A DNA stretch of 63,945 bases, counting the filler, from Octopus bimaculoides (taxonomy: Eukaryota), in the NCBI RefSeq assembly GCF_001194135.2. It is 6 parts of 5 records of this genome, joined end to end, with 100 filler letters (N's around TTAATTAATTAA, not from the genome) between each part and the next. Parts side by side here need not be neighbours in the genome. Positions count along the whole stretch, not along the records: positions 29,139 to 44,559 come from NC_068986.1; positions 44,660 to 55,455 come from NC_068991.1; 4 more parts are not named here. One strand, written 5' to 3'. Positions 38,331 through 51,663 of this stretch are shown piece after piece (within the stretch, counting starts at the first letter, position 1; the number at the start of each line of letters is the position of its first letter). Position numbers and translations under genes: made by a program. A model generated the notes under the pieces. The model was not told where the DNA came from and made no database searches. It saw nothing but the letters and a program-made list of their open reading frames with translations.

Positions 38331-38610
38331 AGGATGCATGGCCTAGTGGTTAGGGTGCTGCACTCATGATCTAGTGCACGTAATTTCAATTCTTGGACCG
38401 GATGATGTGTTGTGTTCTTGAGCAAAAAACTTCATCTCACGTTGCTCTTCGATATCTGACGCGCGATACACCGTGCAGCTATTCACACAACGTCCATTTG
38501 ATGGCGAGAGTAAGCAAATGTGCGGCACGAACATTTGAGCACTACAGACAAATCATTTGTGCAGGTCGTTCGTCAAAAGCTGAACGTTCATACACCGTCT
38601 TCGACGAGAG
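38330..38610 (+). mobile_element. SINE family C (tRNA head plus GTGTTGTGTTCTTGAGCAA core)
   Basis: TGGCCTAGTGGTTAGGG A-box and a core shared with 45089 and 55775. Confidence 0.7.
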
Positions 38611-38616
38611 AGTCCA

Positions 38617-38664
<48 letters not shown>

Positions 38665-39292
38665 GTANNNNNNNNNNNNNNNNNNNNNNNNNNNNNNNNN
38701 NNNNNNNNNNNNNNNNNNNNNNNNNNNNNNNNNNNNNNNNNNNNNNNNNNNNNNNNNNNNNNNNNNNNNNNNNNNNNNNNNNNNNNNNNNNNNNNNNNNN
38801 NNNNNNNNNNNNNNNNNNNNNNNNNNNNNNNNNNNNNNNNNNNNNNNNNNNNNNNNNNNNNNNNNNNNNNNNNNNNNNNNNNNNNNNNNNNNNNNNNNNN
38901 NNNNNNNNNNNNNNNNNNNNNNNNNNNNNNNNNNNNNNNNNNNNNNNNNNNNNNNNNNNNNNNNNNNNNNNNNNNNNNNNNNNNNNNNNNNNNNNNNNNN
39001 NNNNGAGCATTTCGTATACATTCGTTGCTTTCTTCCCACGAATCTAATGCTCTTAGCTTAGTTTTTCCTTGGGGCTGGCCAGATTGGAGCAATCTCGAGT
39101 ATAACCAGCCGAAATTGCAAAGATAATCTGGGACTCGATTGAGGATAGAAAACTCCGAATGACTGGTCCTTGTTTTCTTTGTATCGTCTGTCTGGATGTT
39201 TTGTTGCCCCTTTCTTGCATCACCTAAATGTCTGGATATTTTGCGTTCTTGTCCCATTTTGTATGGCGTACATACACTTTGGTCTCTCACAC

Positions 39293-39384
<92 letters not shown>

Positions 39385-41268
39385 GCAAAAGCAAATTAAT
39401 CTAAGCTGCTTAATTATCAAAGAGGTGTTTTTAGCGCAGTTGTTGACCATATTTGCAACAAAATCAGTGAAACATTTTGTCTCGGTGTACCAAGGGCAAC
39501 AAGAAAAACCTTAGTTGATAAACTTCGTGATTGTGCAAGAAAGAAAACATAGGATAATTTCAGCAGCAGTTGTATGTTTAAGTTTTACTGGCATTATTAT
39601 TTCCCTACTTGGAGATAAAACAGTTCTCATTTAAGCTGCTATTGACTCGCACCTACAGAAACCTATAAGACTAGCAATAGAATAGGAGCTGCAGAAATGC
39701 GAAAGGGTGTTCGATGATAATTTGAAATGTCTGCACCTTGTCCCATAAAGATGCTTTTCTGGTTCTAGATCGGACGCTCAGCAATACCAGTGAATCAAAT
39801 AAATATTTTTTCTTTTCTTTTCTTTCTTTCTTTCTTTCTTTCTTTCTTTTAAAGGAAGAACAATAAGCAGGAAACTTTCTTATGACACTTCCTGCTTTTC
39901 TAAAGTGGACAAAATATAATAAAATAAGACTGCTTGGTAGTCTCACATTTCTTAAGAAACTGCAACTAGCAACAAACATGAAGGTTATATTTCAACTATT
40001 GGTTTTTGCAAGATTGTTGGGACTTGAAGGAAGAGTACTTGATCAAAAGAAGGATAAATCCATGGTTGAGATTAAATTCTTGGTATCATCAACTAATAAT
40101 CTCAAAAATGAATTCCTTTCCATTTAACAGAACTACCACAATCATAAGTGGCGTAGTGAAAGAGCTGTTCTTCCCCCAACTAACAAAACGACCAACATTG
40201 TCAATGAACAAATTATTCAACTATTGTACGGAGATGTATTTGTCTAAAAGTCTGTAAGTAACTGTTTTAGACTCCCCCCTCAAAAAACTGAACTATTCCG
40301 GCGAGTTTCTCAACAGCTTGGAACCACTTGATGTGCCATGTTACAAGCTATAAGCTCGAACAGAGAGTGAAGAGAATATGGCTCCCGAAGAACTATATTC
40401 TTTTCGTTCCCTTTGGTCCTCTTCATGAAAGGCTAAAAGTCATCACTAACCAGTATTACTTATCCTTATCCTTTGGTATCTAACAACTTACCAGGTTATT
40501 TGTGACCTTTCTGGTATTGAATTTTGTGGTATTTGTTTACAACCAAAAAATAATTTTTGTGCAATACTATCAACAGAGAAAGATATGTGAGTGTGCCTTT
40601 CTGAATCTGTGCTGAAAACTGAGATTCTTGTGAGAAAGAGCCAAGTTAATCAACCTTATTAAAGATGTAACATTAAATTAAATGCAGTTGATTTCTTACA
40701 AAAAAACCAATTTTTTACAAAAGCATTCCACCCGTCGAAATTTCGGGAGCGGAATAGTCAAATATGTTGATCCAAGTACCAGTCGCCGCTGGGCGACGCT
40801 GGTCGCACTTTTAAACTACTGTATAAGCCTATATAAAGTGTGAAGGCCCTGGGAAAGAAGTAAACTGATAAGCTGCCCCAGGATACACACATTAGTTACT
40901 CACTGTCCAGTTCTTCAGTGGTACTTTATTTTTATGGACGTCGGAGGGGGAGAAAGGTAAAGTTGACTGCAACAGGACTTGATCTTTTTAAATTAAATTA
41001 ATACCAAAAAATGCAAGTTTATTGTTTGCATTATGATATGAAACCATTTTACACTATATTCTTCACATGGGGTACGCCATTAATGCTGAAAATAGTGAAG
41101 GGGTATTGGCAGAAGAAAATGTTTTAAGAACTCTTGCGTTTGGTAATATAGACCTACATACCCTTGAAAAGACAGGATGGTCACAGCTGAAGTGTCTCTC
41201 AACATAGGTCTGTATGCTCAGTATAGGTTTAAGGGCTACGTAATAGCAACAACAACAACAACGACAAT

Positions 41269-41419
41269 CAGAGGCGTCTTAAGGCAGGGGCACATTGGGC
41301 AGTTTACTCGGGTCTTGGGGGCCAAATTCTGATCTATGTATCTGTGGCTTGCTGTCAATAGATAAATAATATATGCACTGATTTGTCCAGGGGTCTATAA
41401 TACTGCTGAGATGGCCCTG
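41269..41419. mobile_element. Decayed hAT-like MITE (~150 bp)
   Basis: Ends CAGAGGCGTCTTA and TGAGATGGCCCTG. Flanks ACGACAAT and ACAACAAA match at 6/8, a putative TSD. Confidence 0.5.
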
Positions 41420-41565
41420 ACAACAAAAATAACAAAACTCTATGAAGGAACCATCGGGAGTGCCTTTGTGAAGTTGCTTAACCCGCTAGAAATAGCAGTC
41501 TAATCTATCCCATATCATATTAAAGTGTCTCAGAGAGGGGAAGAGAGTGATACAGCGAGCGAGTA

Positions 41566-41604
<39 letters not shown>

Positions 41605-41717
41605 NNNNNNNNNNNNNNNNNNNNNNNNNNNNNNNNNNNNNNNNNNNNNNNNNNNNNNNNNNNNNNNNNNNNNNNNNNNNNNNNNNNNNNNNNNNNNNNN
41701 NNNNGAGATGCGGAGAA

Positions 41718-41752
<35 letters not shown>

Positions 41753-42133
41753 CAGACAGACAAATAGACACACAAAGTAGTTTTAAGTACACAATGCTTT
41801 CGGTAGATAGAATGATCACGGTTGGAACGCTTTGACCAGGGATGGCTTGGGGATGTTAATTAACTCTAGCGCTGCCAACACTACATCTGCAATTTTTTGC
41901 AGGTCAAAGAAACTACAACATTTAATGTGTTAATACTATTTTAGAAAATTCCGCACTGTATGTATAATAAAATCTAGATGTATTTTTCGAAGCATGTGTA
42001 ACTTGTTCCTTATCGCATACATACGTACACACATGTACGCGGTCGTGCATATACAGATACGTGTACGTACATAGGCATACACAAACACTTCAATAAGCAT
42101 ACATGCATGCATACATACATTCAGACATGTCTG

Positions 42134-42172
<39 letters not shown>

Positions 42173-42922
42173 CATTACATACATACATAGTAGACACATG
42201 CATGCACACACACACATAACATATATACGTACATACATACATACATACATACATACATACATACATACATACATGCATACATACTTTGTGCTTTTTCGTG
42301 TCAGTAACATTTCTGACTTGCCGACCGTGACCTCTCAGATGATTATACAGTCCCGCTGCAGATCTGCATCGTTTGAGGCATAGGTGACAGACAAAAGTTG
42401 CAATTTACTCTGCGCTTCCAACTGGTTAGGTCTGTACCCGTCACGACTCTTCTAAGGCCATAGGACTTTCAGTAAATGAAACGACAGACAAAATGACCAT
42501 TAAAGAGACATCTGTATGAAATTGGATTATTGTGACAAAACGCTACAAGTATAACTCTCATAGTTTCCGTGATTTGTACCTAGTAACTGGCCAAAGCGAG
42601 ATGACCACAAATCACGTGAAAGCCCATATCTACCTACCTACCTACCTACCTACCTACCTACCTACCTACCTACCTACCTAAATACATACATAATATATAC
42701 ATACATGCATACATACATGCATGCATACATACATACATACATACATACTTACATGCATTCATACATACATGCATGCGTGAATGCATGTATGCATGTATCT
42801 CAGAGGTGTCGAGAAACTTCGAGTAGCATCAGACTCATGAACTTCGAACGAATAAATGATTCTAATATATATCTTGTTTGTTTACTATTATTCTGAGTGT
42901 ATGCGCGGGTGCATGTGTACGC

Positions 42923-42970
<48 letters not shown>

Positions 42971-43979
42971 TGTTTACCTGTACGTATATTCGTATTTGTA
43001 TATATGGGGTTGTGTGCGTGTGTGCATGTGTGTGTGTGAGAATGGGGGTGGGTGCGTGCGTGTGTGCGCCTGTGTAGAGCAGTGAATTCTCGACGAATCG
43101 AATCGCCTTGTTTCTATTTTCCTGTGGTTCCACTCTAACTACCTGAGCCATAATCTACACTTCTCTATTTTTTTTAACATTAACTATTAATGACATTATN
43201 NNNNNNNNNNNNNNNNNNNNNNNNNNNNNNNNNNNNNNNNNNNNNNNNNNNNNNNNNNNNNNNNNNNNNNNNNNNNNNNNNNNNNNNNNNNNNNNNNNNN
43301 NNNNNNNNNNNNNNNNNNNNNNNNNNNNNNNNNNNNNNNNNNNNNNNNNNNNNNNNNNNNNNNNNNNNNNNNNNNNNNNNNNNNNNNNNNNNNNNNNNNN
43401 NNNNNNNNNNNNNNNNNNNNNNNNNNNNNNNNNNNNNNNNNNNNNNNNNNNNNNNNNNNNNNNNNNNNNNNNNNNNNNNNNNNNNNNNNNNNNNNNNNNN
43501 NNNNNNNNNNNNNNNNNNNNNNNNNNNNNNNNNNNNNNNNNNNNNNNNNNNNNNNNNNNNNNNNNNNNNNNNNNNNNNNNNNNNNNNNNNNNNNNNNNNN
43601 NNNNNNNNNNNNNNNNNNNNNNNNNNNNNNNNNNNNNNNNNNNNNNNNNNNNNNNNNNNNNNNNNNNNNNNNNNNNNNNNNNNNNNNNNNNNNNNNNNNN
43701 NNNNNNNNNNNNNNNNNNNNNNNNNNNNNNNNNNNNNNNNNNNNNNNNNNNNNNNNNNNNNNNNNNNNNNNNNNNNNNNNNNNNNNNNNNNNNNNNNNNN
43801 NNNNNNNNNNNNNNNNNNNNNNNNNNNNNNNNNNNNNNNNNNNNNNNNNNNNNNNNNNNNNNNNNNNNNNNNNNNNNNNNNNNNNNNNNNNNNNNNNNNN
43901 NNNNNNNNNNNNNNNNNNNNNNNNNNNNNNNNNNNNNNNNNNNNNNNNNNNNNNNNNNNNNNNNNNNNNNNNNNNNNNN

Positions 43980-44171
43980 ATATATATATATATATATATA
44001 TATATATACGACGGGCTTCTTTCAGTTTCCGTCTACCAAATCCACTCACAAAGCTTTGGTCGGCCCGAGGCTATAGTAGAAGATACGTGTCCAAGGTGCC
44101 ACGCAGTGGGACTGAACCTGGAACAATGTGATTGGGAACCAAGTTTCTTACCACACAGCCACTCCTGCGCC
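43980..44171 (-). mobile_element. SINE family A, 5' half (remainder in gap)
   Basis: ACGACGGGCTTCTTTCAGTTTCCGTCTACC through CCACACAGCCACTCCTGCGCC. Confidence 0.88.
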
Positions 44172-44313
44172 TTATGAATACACACAAACACACACACACA
44201 CACATATGCATACAAACATACATGTATACATACATGCATACACAGACACATATAGATAGATAGATGGATAAATAGATGGATAGATAGATGGATAGATAGA
44301 TAGATAGATAGAT

Positions 44314-44525
44314 AAGGCGGAGAGCTAGCAAAATTGTTTGCTCGTCGAGTAAAATGCTTAGCAGCATTTCGTCTGTTCTGAGTTCAAATTTCACCGAAGT
44401 CGACAATGTTTTTCATCCTTTTGGGGTCGATAAAATAAGTACCAGTTGAGCAATAGGGTCGATGTTATCGACTTGCCCAGTTATTCCCCGAAAGTGATGG
44501 CCTTGTGCCAAACTTTGAAACCGAT
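44314..44525 (+). mobile_element. SINE family B variant
   Basis: AAGGCGGAGAGCTAGCA..GAGTTCAAATTTC..GGGGTCGATAAAATAAGTACCAG. Confidence 0.8.
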
Positions 44526-44704
44526 ATATATAGGTATATATATATATGTATGTATGTATNNNNNNNNNNNNNNNNNNNNNNNNNNNNNNNNNNNNNNNNN
44601 NNNTTAATTAATTAANNNNNNNNNNNNNNNNNNNNNNNNNNNNNNNNNNNNNNNNNNNNAAACGTATATCATTGGATAATATTTTTCTGGGCCCTTAATT
44701 TTAC

Positions 44705-44746
<42 letters not shown>

Positions 44747-45088
44747 GTTGTAGTAGTAGTAGGAGTTGTAGTAGTTGTAGTAGTAGTGATGGTGGTGGTG
44801 GTGGTGGTGGTGGTTATATCTGTAATAGTAATAGCAGCAGCAATATTAATTATATAACAGTTGAAAAACTGAAAAAGGGAAGAAGAAGAAAGGTAGGTGA
44901 GACGCCAGTGTAAATGGGTCATACCTCCCCTCCAGGGGTATAGGGTTTCATCTCCCCTGGACGGGTTTGAATTTCATTCCCCCGAGGCCTTGTTTTGAAA
45001 TCTCTCTCTCATTTCACATTGGATAGAAGTGACTCACTACGCGATGCCGATGTTGATGTTCTTGGTGTTGTTGTTGCTTGTTGGGTGT

Positions 45089-45345
45089 GAAGGTGTGTGG
45101 CCCTGTGGTAAGGGCGTCGCTTATAACGATCGCAATATCGTGGTTTCGATTCACGGAATGGGCGGTGCGTTGTGTTCTTGAGCCAAAAAAAAAAAAGAGG
45201 ACCTCCTTCGTATCACGTTGTCTCAGTTCACTCAGCCGTGAATAAGTAACCCTGCTCTCCCCACCCCCCGCTGCAACGGACCGGTGTCCCGTTCAGCGGG
45301 GAATGTTGTGTGACCTGAGGTCATTTATACGTCATGGAAACCAAG
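45089..45345 (+). mobile_element. SINE family C
   Basis: GTGGCCCTGTGGTAAGGG head, GGTTTCGATTC B-box-like motif, GCGTTGTGTTCTTGAGC core and CAGTTCACTCAGC. Confidence 0.7.
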
Positions 45346-45394
45346 GCAACCAGCAATATGAGTTCTAGGACTCGAGAGAGTAAGGTCCAGGGGT

Positions 45395-45650
45395 TGATGA
45401 TGAAGATGATGATGATGATGATGATGGCGACGACGACGACGACGACGATGACGACGACAAGGATGATGATGATGATGACAATGAGGATGATGATGATGAT
45501 GATGATGATGGTGATGATGATAATGATGACGACGACGACGACGACGACGACGATGATGATGATGATGATGATGATGACGATGATTGATGGTAATGATGGT
45601 TTTGATGTTGATGATGATGATGATAATGTTGATGATGAGGATGATGATGT

Positions 45651-45688
<38 letters not shown>

Positions 45689-45739
45689 TCAGTGATGATG
45701 ATTTTTGTTGAGTGTTATCATCTCTGATGTTGATACTGT

Positions 45740-45770
<31 letters not shown>

Positions 45771-45771
45771 A

Positions 45772-45825
<54 letters not shown>

Positions 45826-45848
45826 CAGCAGCAGCAGCAGCAACAACA
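45395..45848. repeat. Compound trinucleotide arrays (GAT/GAC)n then (GCA)n/(GTA)n
   Basis: Directly visible. Confidence 0.95.
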
Positions 45849-46098
45849 GTTGACATTTGGGTGTCTCTAGCGAATTCCACTCTGTCGCAAGCATTCGGGG
45901 CAGGTTTCTGGTCCGTGGAGATCTCTCCAATTCGCTCCCATCCGTTTCATAGGCCCCCAATTGGAGAGATGCATTTCTGAAGAAGCGCCCTAGATTTCAT
46001 ATATTTCAAACTGTTCAATGTTTATACATAAATAAATAACAGAGATCGATAATTTAATAAGGAGATATAAGAAATAATACACCACATTAAGCATATGT

Positions 46099-46170
46099 AG
46101 CAGAGTGGCGCAGTGGAAGCGTGCTGGGCCCATAACCCAGAGGTCCGTAGATCGAAACTACGCTCTGCTA
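46099..46170 (+). tRNA. tRNA-iMet: Initiator tRNA-Met (CAT), 72 nt, no intron
   Basis: AGCAGAG/CTCTGCT acceptor stem with A1:U72. Anticodon stem CTGGG/CCCAG with three consecutive G:C pairs and CAT at 46131-46133. T-arm CGTAG-ATCGAAA-CTACG has the initiator-type A54. All stems pair. Confidence 0.98.
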
Positions 46171-46182
46171 ATCAATGGACGC

Positions 46183-46196
46183 TTTTTTTTTTTTTT
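46183..46196 (+). terminator. Pol III poly-T terminator of the tRNA gene
   Basis: T14 run starting 13 nt after the discriminator base. Confidence 0.85.
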
Positions 46197-46954
46197 ACAC
46201 ATTGTCATTGGGTTGTTTTCAAATATACCAACGTAACACGTAATAGGGATAGGTACAAATTCTATTATTCAATAGGAATTTATACAAGGTCAAGAGGTTA
46301 CCGACTGACTGGGGTGATATTAATACTCAAGTAACGAGGTTGGCAGCGACGTCAAGAACAACGGATTTGTTGTTGATGTTGTTGTTGTTGTTGTTGTTAA
46401 GAGGAAGTCAGTGAGCTGGAAGAATCGTTACGGCGTCTTGAAAAAAATATCCTGCGATATTTATACCGGTTCATCCATGCCTAATGCTCGAGAAAAGGGT
46501 GACAGGGCCCCATATCCGGGAAGTCTTATTTTTATGGCTTAGGAAGTGAAGGGCAGACAGCACCCTTGATTCAGTTCATGGGTTTCCGTGATTAATGAGA
46601 GGACGAGAAAAGTTAATATTAGACTGAAGACCCTGCAACAGAATGAACTCCACTTAAGTCCCTGAGGAGCTGGGCAATGGCGTTAACCCGAGAAACGGAT
46701 TGTCTGTCAATCAATAAATGACGTGGTCCTTTGCCCGGATTTCATACATTTTGCCATCTAGCCACATTTCCCTGTCAAAGACGTGGTAGAAGGCAGTTCT
46801 ATTGTTCAAGGTGTGACAAGCGGTGGATGGAATTCGAACCTGTAACCATGTGACTCTTAAAGAATGAGCCTATCAACCGCAAACCCCTCCGAAACAAGCC
46901 AAGGGCTCGAACATTGGTGCGATACGTCAGCTGAGTTAGAGTTGACTCGAAGCT

Positions 46955-46981
46955 AAACAACAACAGCAACGACGACGACAA

Positions 46982-47044
<63 letters not shown>

Positions 47045-47148
47045 CAATAACAGCAAAACGGGGACATGAGTAACAACTCCAACGAAAACAATAACAACAC
47101 CAACTACAACAAAACCAAGATTACTAGCCTTGCGCCAATGCTAAACAT

Positions 47149-47206
<58 letters not shown>

Positions 47207-47219
47207 GTTNNNNNNNNNN

Positions 47220-47268
<49 letters not shown>

Positions 47269-47294
47269 GTTGCTGTTGTTGTTGTTGTTGTTGA
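46955..47294. repeat. Compound trinucleotide arrays (CAA/CGA/CAT/CAG) and (CTA)n/(GTT)n
   Basis: Directly visible. Confidence 0.9.
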
Positions 47295-47940
47295 ATTCCT
47301 GATTTATCGTTGAATATCGATCACGTTTTGAAAAAAAAAACTTTTATCGATCAAGAAGCGAAGAGGTTAAGATTTCCTGCACAACAGTTATTTGCCGATA
47401 AGAAAAATGAAAGAAGCAAAAACAAACAAACCAAACCCCCCGCCCCCCAAATAAAAGAAAAAAACAAAAAAGAAACTTCAAAGAATCTTGTGTTATATAT
47501 TCATACGTCAACTCCTGTGGCCTGTTTGACTGGTTTTGTAATTTCAATCTTGCGGGGGAAATCGCTGTTCTATTTAACAACATCGCTATTGTTAATTCAC
47601 ACGGTGAACCTTTGCCGAACTGCGCTGCACACAGATATATGGCTAATAAAGCGTTACCAACCATTCACCTCCATGTCTGTCTGTCTGTGTCTCTATTTCT
47701 CTCTCTCTTTCTCTCTCTCTTTGTGGCTCTCTTTCTTCTTTCGCTCTCCCTATACGCATACACACAATCACACGCACACACGCATACATGTGAGAGTAAA
47801 CACGAAGAAGAAAAGAAGTACTCAATACTGACTGGTAAAAAATAATATCTGTATAATTTATTAGGAGTTGAAACTTCACAAATCGTTAACCCAGATATCA
47901 CATTGCTAATCCTTAGACGATTATATATATATATGTATAT

Positions 47941-48066
47941 ATACGACGGGCTTCTTTCAGTTTCCATCTATAATCGAAAACACTTGCACAAGGTGCCAGG
48001 CATGGGACTGAACCTAGAACCATGTCGCTGGGACGCAAGCTTCTTACCACACAACCACTTCTGTGG
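47941..48066 (-). mobile_element. SINE family A, 5' part with internal deletion
   Basis: ATACGACGGGCTTCTTTCAGTTTCC..CAAGGTGCC..GGGACTGAACC..CTTACCACACAACCAC. Confidence 0.75.
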
Positions 48067-48075
48067 CTGTGTATG

Positions 48076-48106
<31 letters not shown>

Positions 48107-48109
48107 ATG

Positions 48110-48152
<43 letters not shown>

Positions 48153-48277
48153 ATACATACACATATATATACATGCATATATAATTAATAAAAAAAAAAC
48201 GAACAAGAAAAATAACAACGTAAGCACATGGTACGTGCAAAGTATTAATAAAACGCTCAGAGAAGGAAAGAAAGGGT

Positions 48278-48312
48278 GCTTTACGTTTCGAGCAAAGCTC
48301 TTCTTCAGAAAC
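48278..48312 (-). ncRNA. Minimal type-I hammerhead ribozyme motif (35 nt)
   Basis: Minus strand GTTT CTGAAGA A GAGC TTT GCTC GAAAC GTA AAGC: complete core, 4-bp stem II, palindromic ACGT stem III, GUA triplet, 4-bp stem I with one G-U pair. Confidence 0.75.
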
Positions 48313-48358
48313 AGGAGACAGAGGAAAGTCCCAGAGAAAAGGAAGACGGAGGAAATAT

Positions 48359-48396
<38 letters not shown>

Positions 48397-48407
48397 TGTA
48401 TGTATGT

Positions 48408-48765
48408 ATCTTAGCTCTTAGCTCTTAGATTCTGCAGTGCTGTCATCACAATGGCCAACGAGCGTCGACGGAACACGTCCAGCAATTGAGAGGTCTTGGC
48501 TGTCTTATTCCAGGTTTCACAAATCTAGTTGGCTGCTGGTATAACAATAAATGAATATAGCTGCAGCTTCATCATTTTATTGATGATTTTCGATCTCTAT
48601 ATTAAAAGAAGGCGCATTCTAACATCTGTATCATCCTCGTTGGAAATACAGCATCCGAGACAAGTAAACTTATCGACGTACTTGATTTCATCTTGTCCGA
48701 GATTGACAAGGCTTTGGTTTTTTCCAGCGTTAACCTGCAACCCTACTTTCACTCCCAAACTATAT
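48408..48765 (-). mobile_element. RTE-like LINE 3' fragment
   Basis: KVGLQVNAGK..IKYVDKFTCLGCCISNEDDTDVR resembles the RT C-terminal (F.YLGS) region. The 3' end carries a short tandem tail (CTAAGAG)n, as is usual for RTE elements. Confidence 0.65.
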
Positions 48766-48898
48766 ATATTTATACATACATACATACATACATACATGTT
48801 TGTGTGTTTGTGATATATACATGTATGTGTATGCGTGTGTTTGCGTGTGTTTTATATATGTATGTGCGACTGTGTGTGTATGCGTACATACATACAAT

Positions 48899-48937
<39 letters not shown>

Positions 48938-49309
48938 GTGCGAAGAGAAACAGAGGGTAAGCTACCTTAATAAAGTGATAACAATGCAATTTGTTTTTAG
49001 TTTTGCAGTGATAAAGATGTCCGCCATTATGAACTTGGTGAAATCAAACAGACTCTGGAAACAATGTCTATTGTTATAAAATATCAATTTGTTACATACT
49101 TGTTCGATAAATCGATTAAATCTCGAGAGGCAAAATAATATGTATTGCAAAATACGCAAACTGTTTTGCTACAAGCTCAGCTCTTCACATGTGATTGTGT
49201 AACCCAGATTGATACTGGTTTAGTCCAAATGAGATAAATTACTTTGTCCTCGTGAAATATTATATAATTCATAGCGTTATGCTATATATATATATGGTAA
49301 TATTATACT

Positions 49310-49430
49310 ACCTGGTTTTTATTTTATCGATCCCGAAAAGATGAACGGTAAAGTCGGTCCTGGCAGCACTTGAATTCAGAACGTAAAGACGGAAGAAATG
49401 TTACTAAGCGAGGAAACAATTCTACCAGAT
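49310..49430 (-). mobile_element. SINE family B, decayed fragment
   Basis: TATCGATCCCGAAAAGATGAA..GTAAAGTC..TTGAATTCAGAACGTAA. Confidence 0.65.
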
Positions 49431-50162
49431 GGCCCTATATANNNNNNNNNNNNNNNNNNNNNNNNNNNNNNNNNNNNNNNNNNNNNNNNNNNNNNNNNNN
49501 NNNNNNNNNNNNNNNNNNNNNNNNNNNNNNNNNNNNNNNNNNNNNNNNNNNNNNNNNNNNNNNNNNNNNNNNNNNNNNNNNNNNNNNNNNNNNNNNNNNN
49601 NNNNNNNNNNNNNNNNNNNNNNNNNNNNNNNNNNNNNNNNNNNNNNNNNNNNNNNNNNNNNNNNNNNNNNNNNNNNNNNNNNNNNNNNNNNNNNNNNNNN
49701 NNNNNNNNNNNNNNNNNNNNNNNNNNNNNNNNNNNNNNNNNNNNNNNNNNNNNNNNNNNNNNNNNNNNNNNNNNNNNNNNNNNNNNNNNNNNNNNNNNNN
49801 NNNNNNNNNNNNNNNNNNNNNNNNNNNNNNNNNNNNNNNNNNNNNNNNNNNNNNNNNNNNNNNNNNNNNNNNNNNNNNNNNNNNNNNNNNNNNNNNNNNN
49901 NNNNNNNNNNNNNNNNNNNNNNNNNNNNNNNNNNNNNNNNNNNNNNNNNNNNNNNNNNNNNNNNNNNNNNNNNNNNNNNNNNNNNNNNNNNNNNNNNNNN
50001 NNNNNNNNNNNNNNNNNNNNNNNNNNNNNNNNNNNNNNNNNNNNNNNNNNNNNNNNNNNNNNNNNNNNNNNNNNNNNNNNNNNNNNNNNNNNNNNNNNNN
50101 NNNNNNNNNNNNNNNNNNNNNNNNNNNNNNNNNNNNNNNNNNNNNNNNNNNNNNNNNNNNNN

Positions 50163-50245
<83 letters not shown>

Positions 50246-50562
50246 GATTATATTTACCGCTATTTCTCCACATATTTCATCGCATACAAAAACACATATA
50301 CACAAGCGTTTTAATAGCCAACAGCAGACAAACCTCACGAAAGATGTGAAGAGTTAAAACACATAAACCGCGCACATGCGCAATGATATTCCATCATTAT
50401 CTGTTTGTATTAAACCACCATCATGTTAATGGAACCGCTTCCAGCTTTTAATAGAAGCATTTCCAAGCATTTGATTACAAGAAAAAACGATTCCGACAAA
50501 AATACCGGGAAATAAAGTAATACATATTGTCGTTCTATTTTCTCTTTCAATCTTGATCTCTG

Positions 50563-50606
<44 letters not shown>

Positions 50607-50808
50607 CTTTTTCCTTCTCTCTTTCTCTCTGTTTCTCTCTTTCTTTTTCCTTCTCTCTTTCGCTCTCTCTTTCTCTGTCTCTCTCACTCACTACACACAC
50701 ACAAACATACATACGTACGTACAGAAACACACACAAACAGACATACATAAATACACGCATGCGCGCGCAGATATATATATGCAAGTATTTTACACACACA
50801 TGTATACG

Positions 50809-50854
<46 letters not shown>

Positions 50855-50929
50855 AATATATACATATACATGCACATACACATACATATTTATGGATGCG
50901 GGTATTTATATAAATATACACATACATAA

Positions 50930-50991
<62 letters not shown>

Positions 50992-51623
50992 NNNNNNNNN
51001 NNNNNNNNNNNNNNNNNNNNNNNNNNNNNNNNNNNNNNNNNNNNNNNNNNNNNNNNNNNNNNNNNNNNNNNNNNNNNACACACACACACACACACATACA
51101 CACACACACACTCACACACGCACACACATATATATATGTATGTATGTATGTAGGCATGTATGTATGTACGTATGTATGTATGTATGTATGTATGTGCGTG
51201 TGTGTGTGAGTGTTTGTTTTTAGTTCAACGGTGGCTGACGAGGTGAATGGCAAATATCTACCTCACGATAAAGCAGTGGATATGTCATTTCTTTTCAGTT
51301 GCCGTACATTCTTTCCGTTTGCTTAACTTACGTAGGCATAAGGTCATAGCACCGATTGCTTGTTGAGTACTTGTGCACTTGCAGCAATCACATATCCCGT
51401 TTAGATGAACTAAGAATGAACTACCTAGTTTCATATGCATCTCTCACCTACGCATTTGCGCTGTGTGATTGTCTATTCACACATCCATAGATACATAAAT
51501 ACATATATGAATACATACATACATACATACATACATGCATGCATACATACATACACTCATACACATAACACACACATGCATACTTGTACATTGTGTTATA
51601 TAAGTCAACAAGCGAATAAATTT

Positions 51624-51663
<40 letters not shown>

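Noticed and set aside
51230-51280. CTGACGA followed by a hairpin (possible hammerhead)
   Set aside because: The downstream core reads GATAAA rather than GAAA, and stems I and III cannot be formed.
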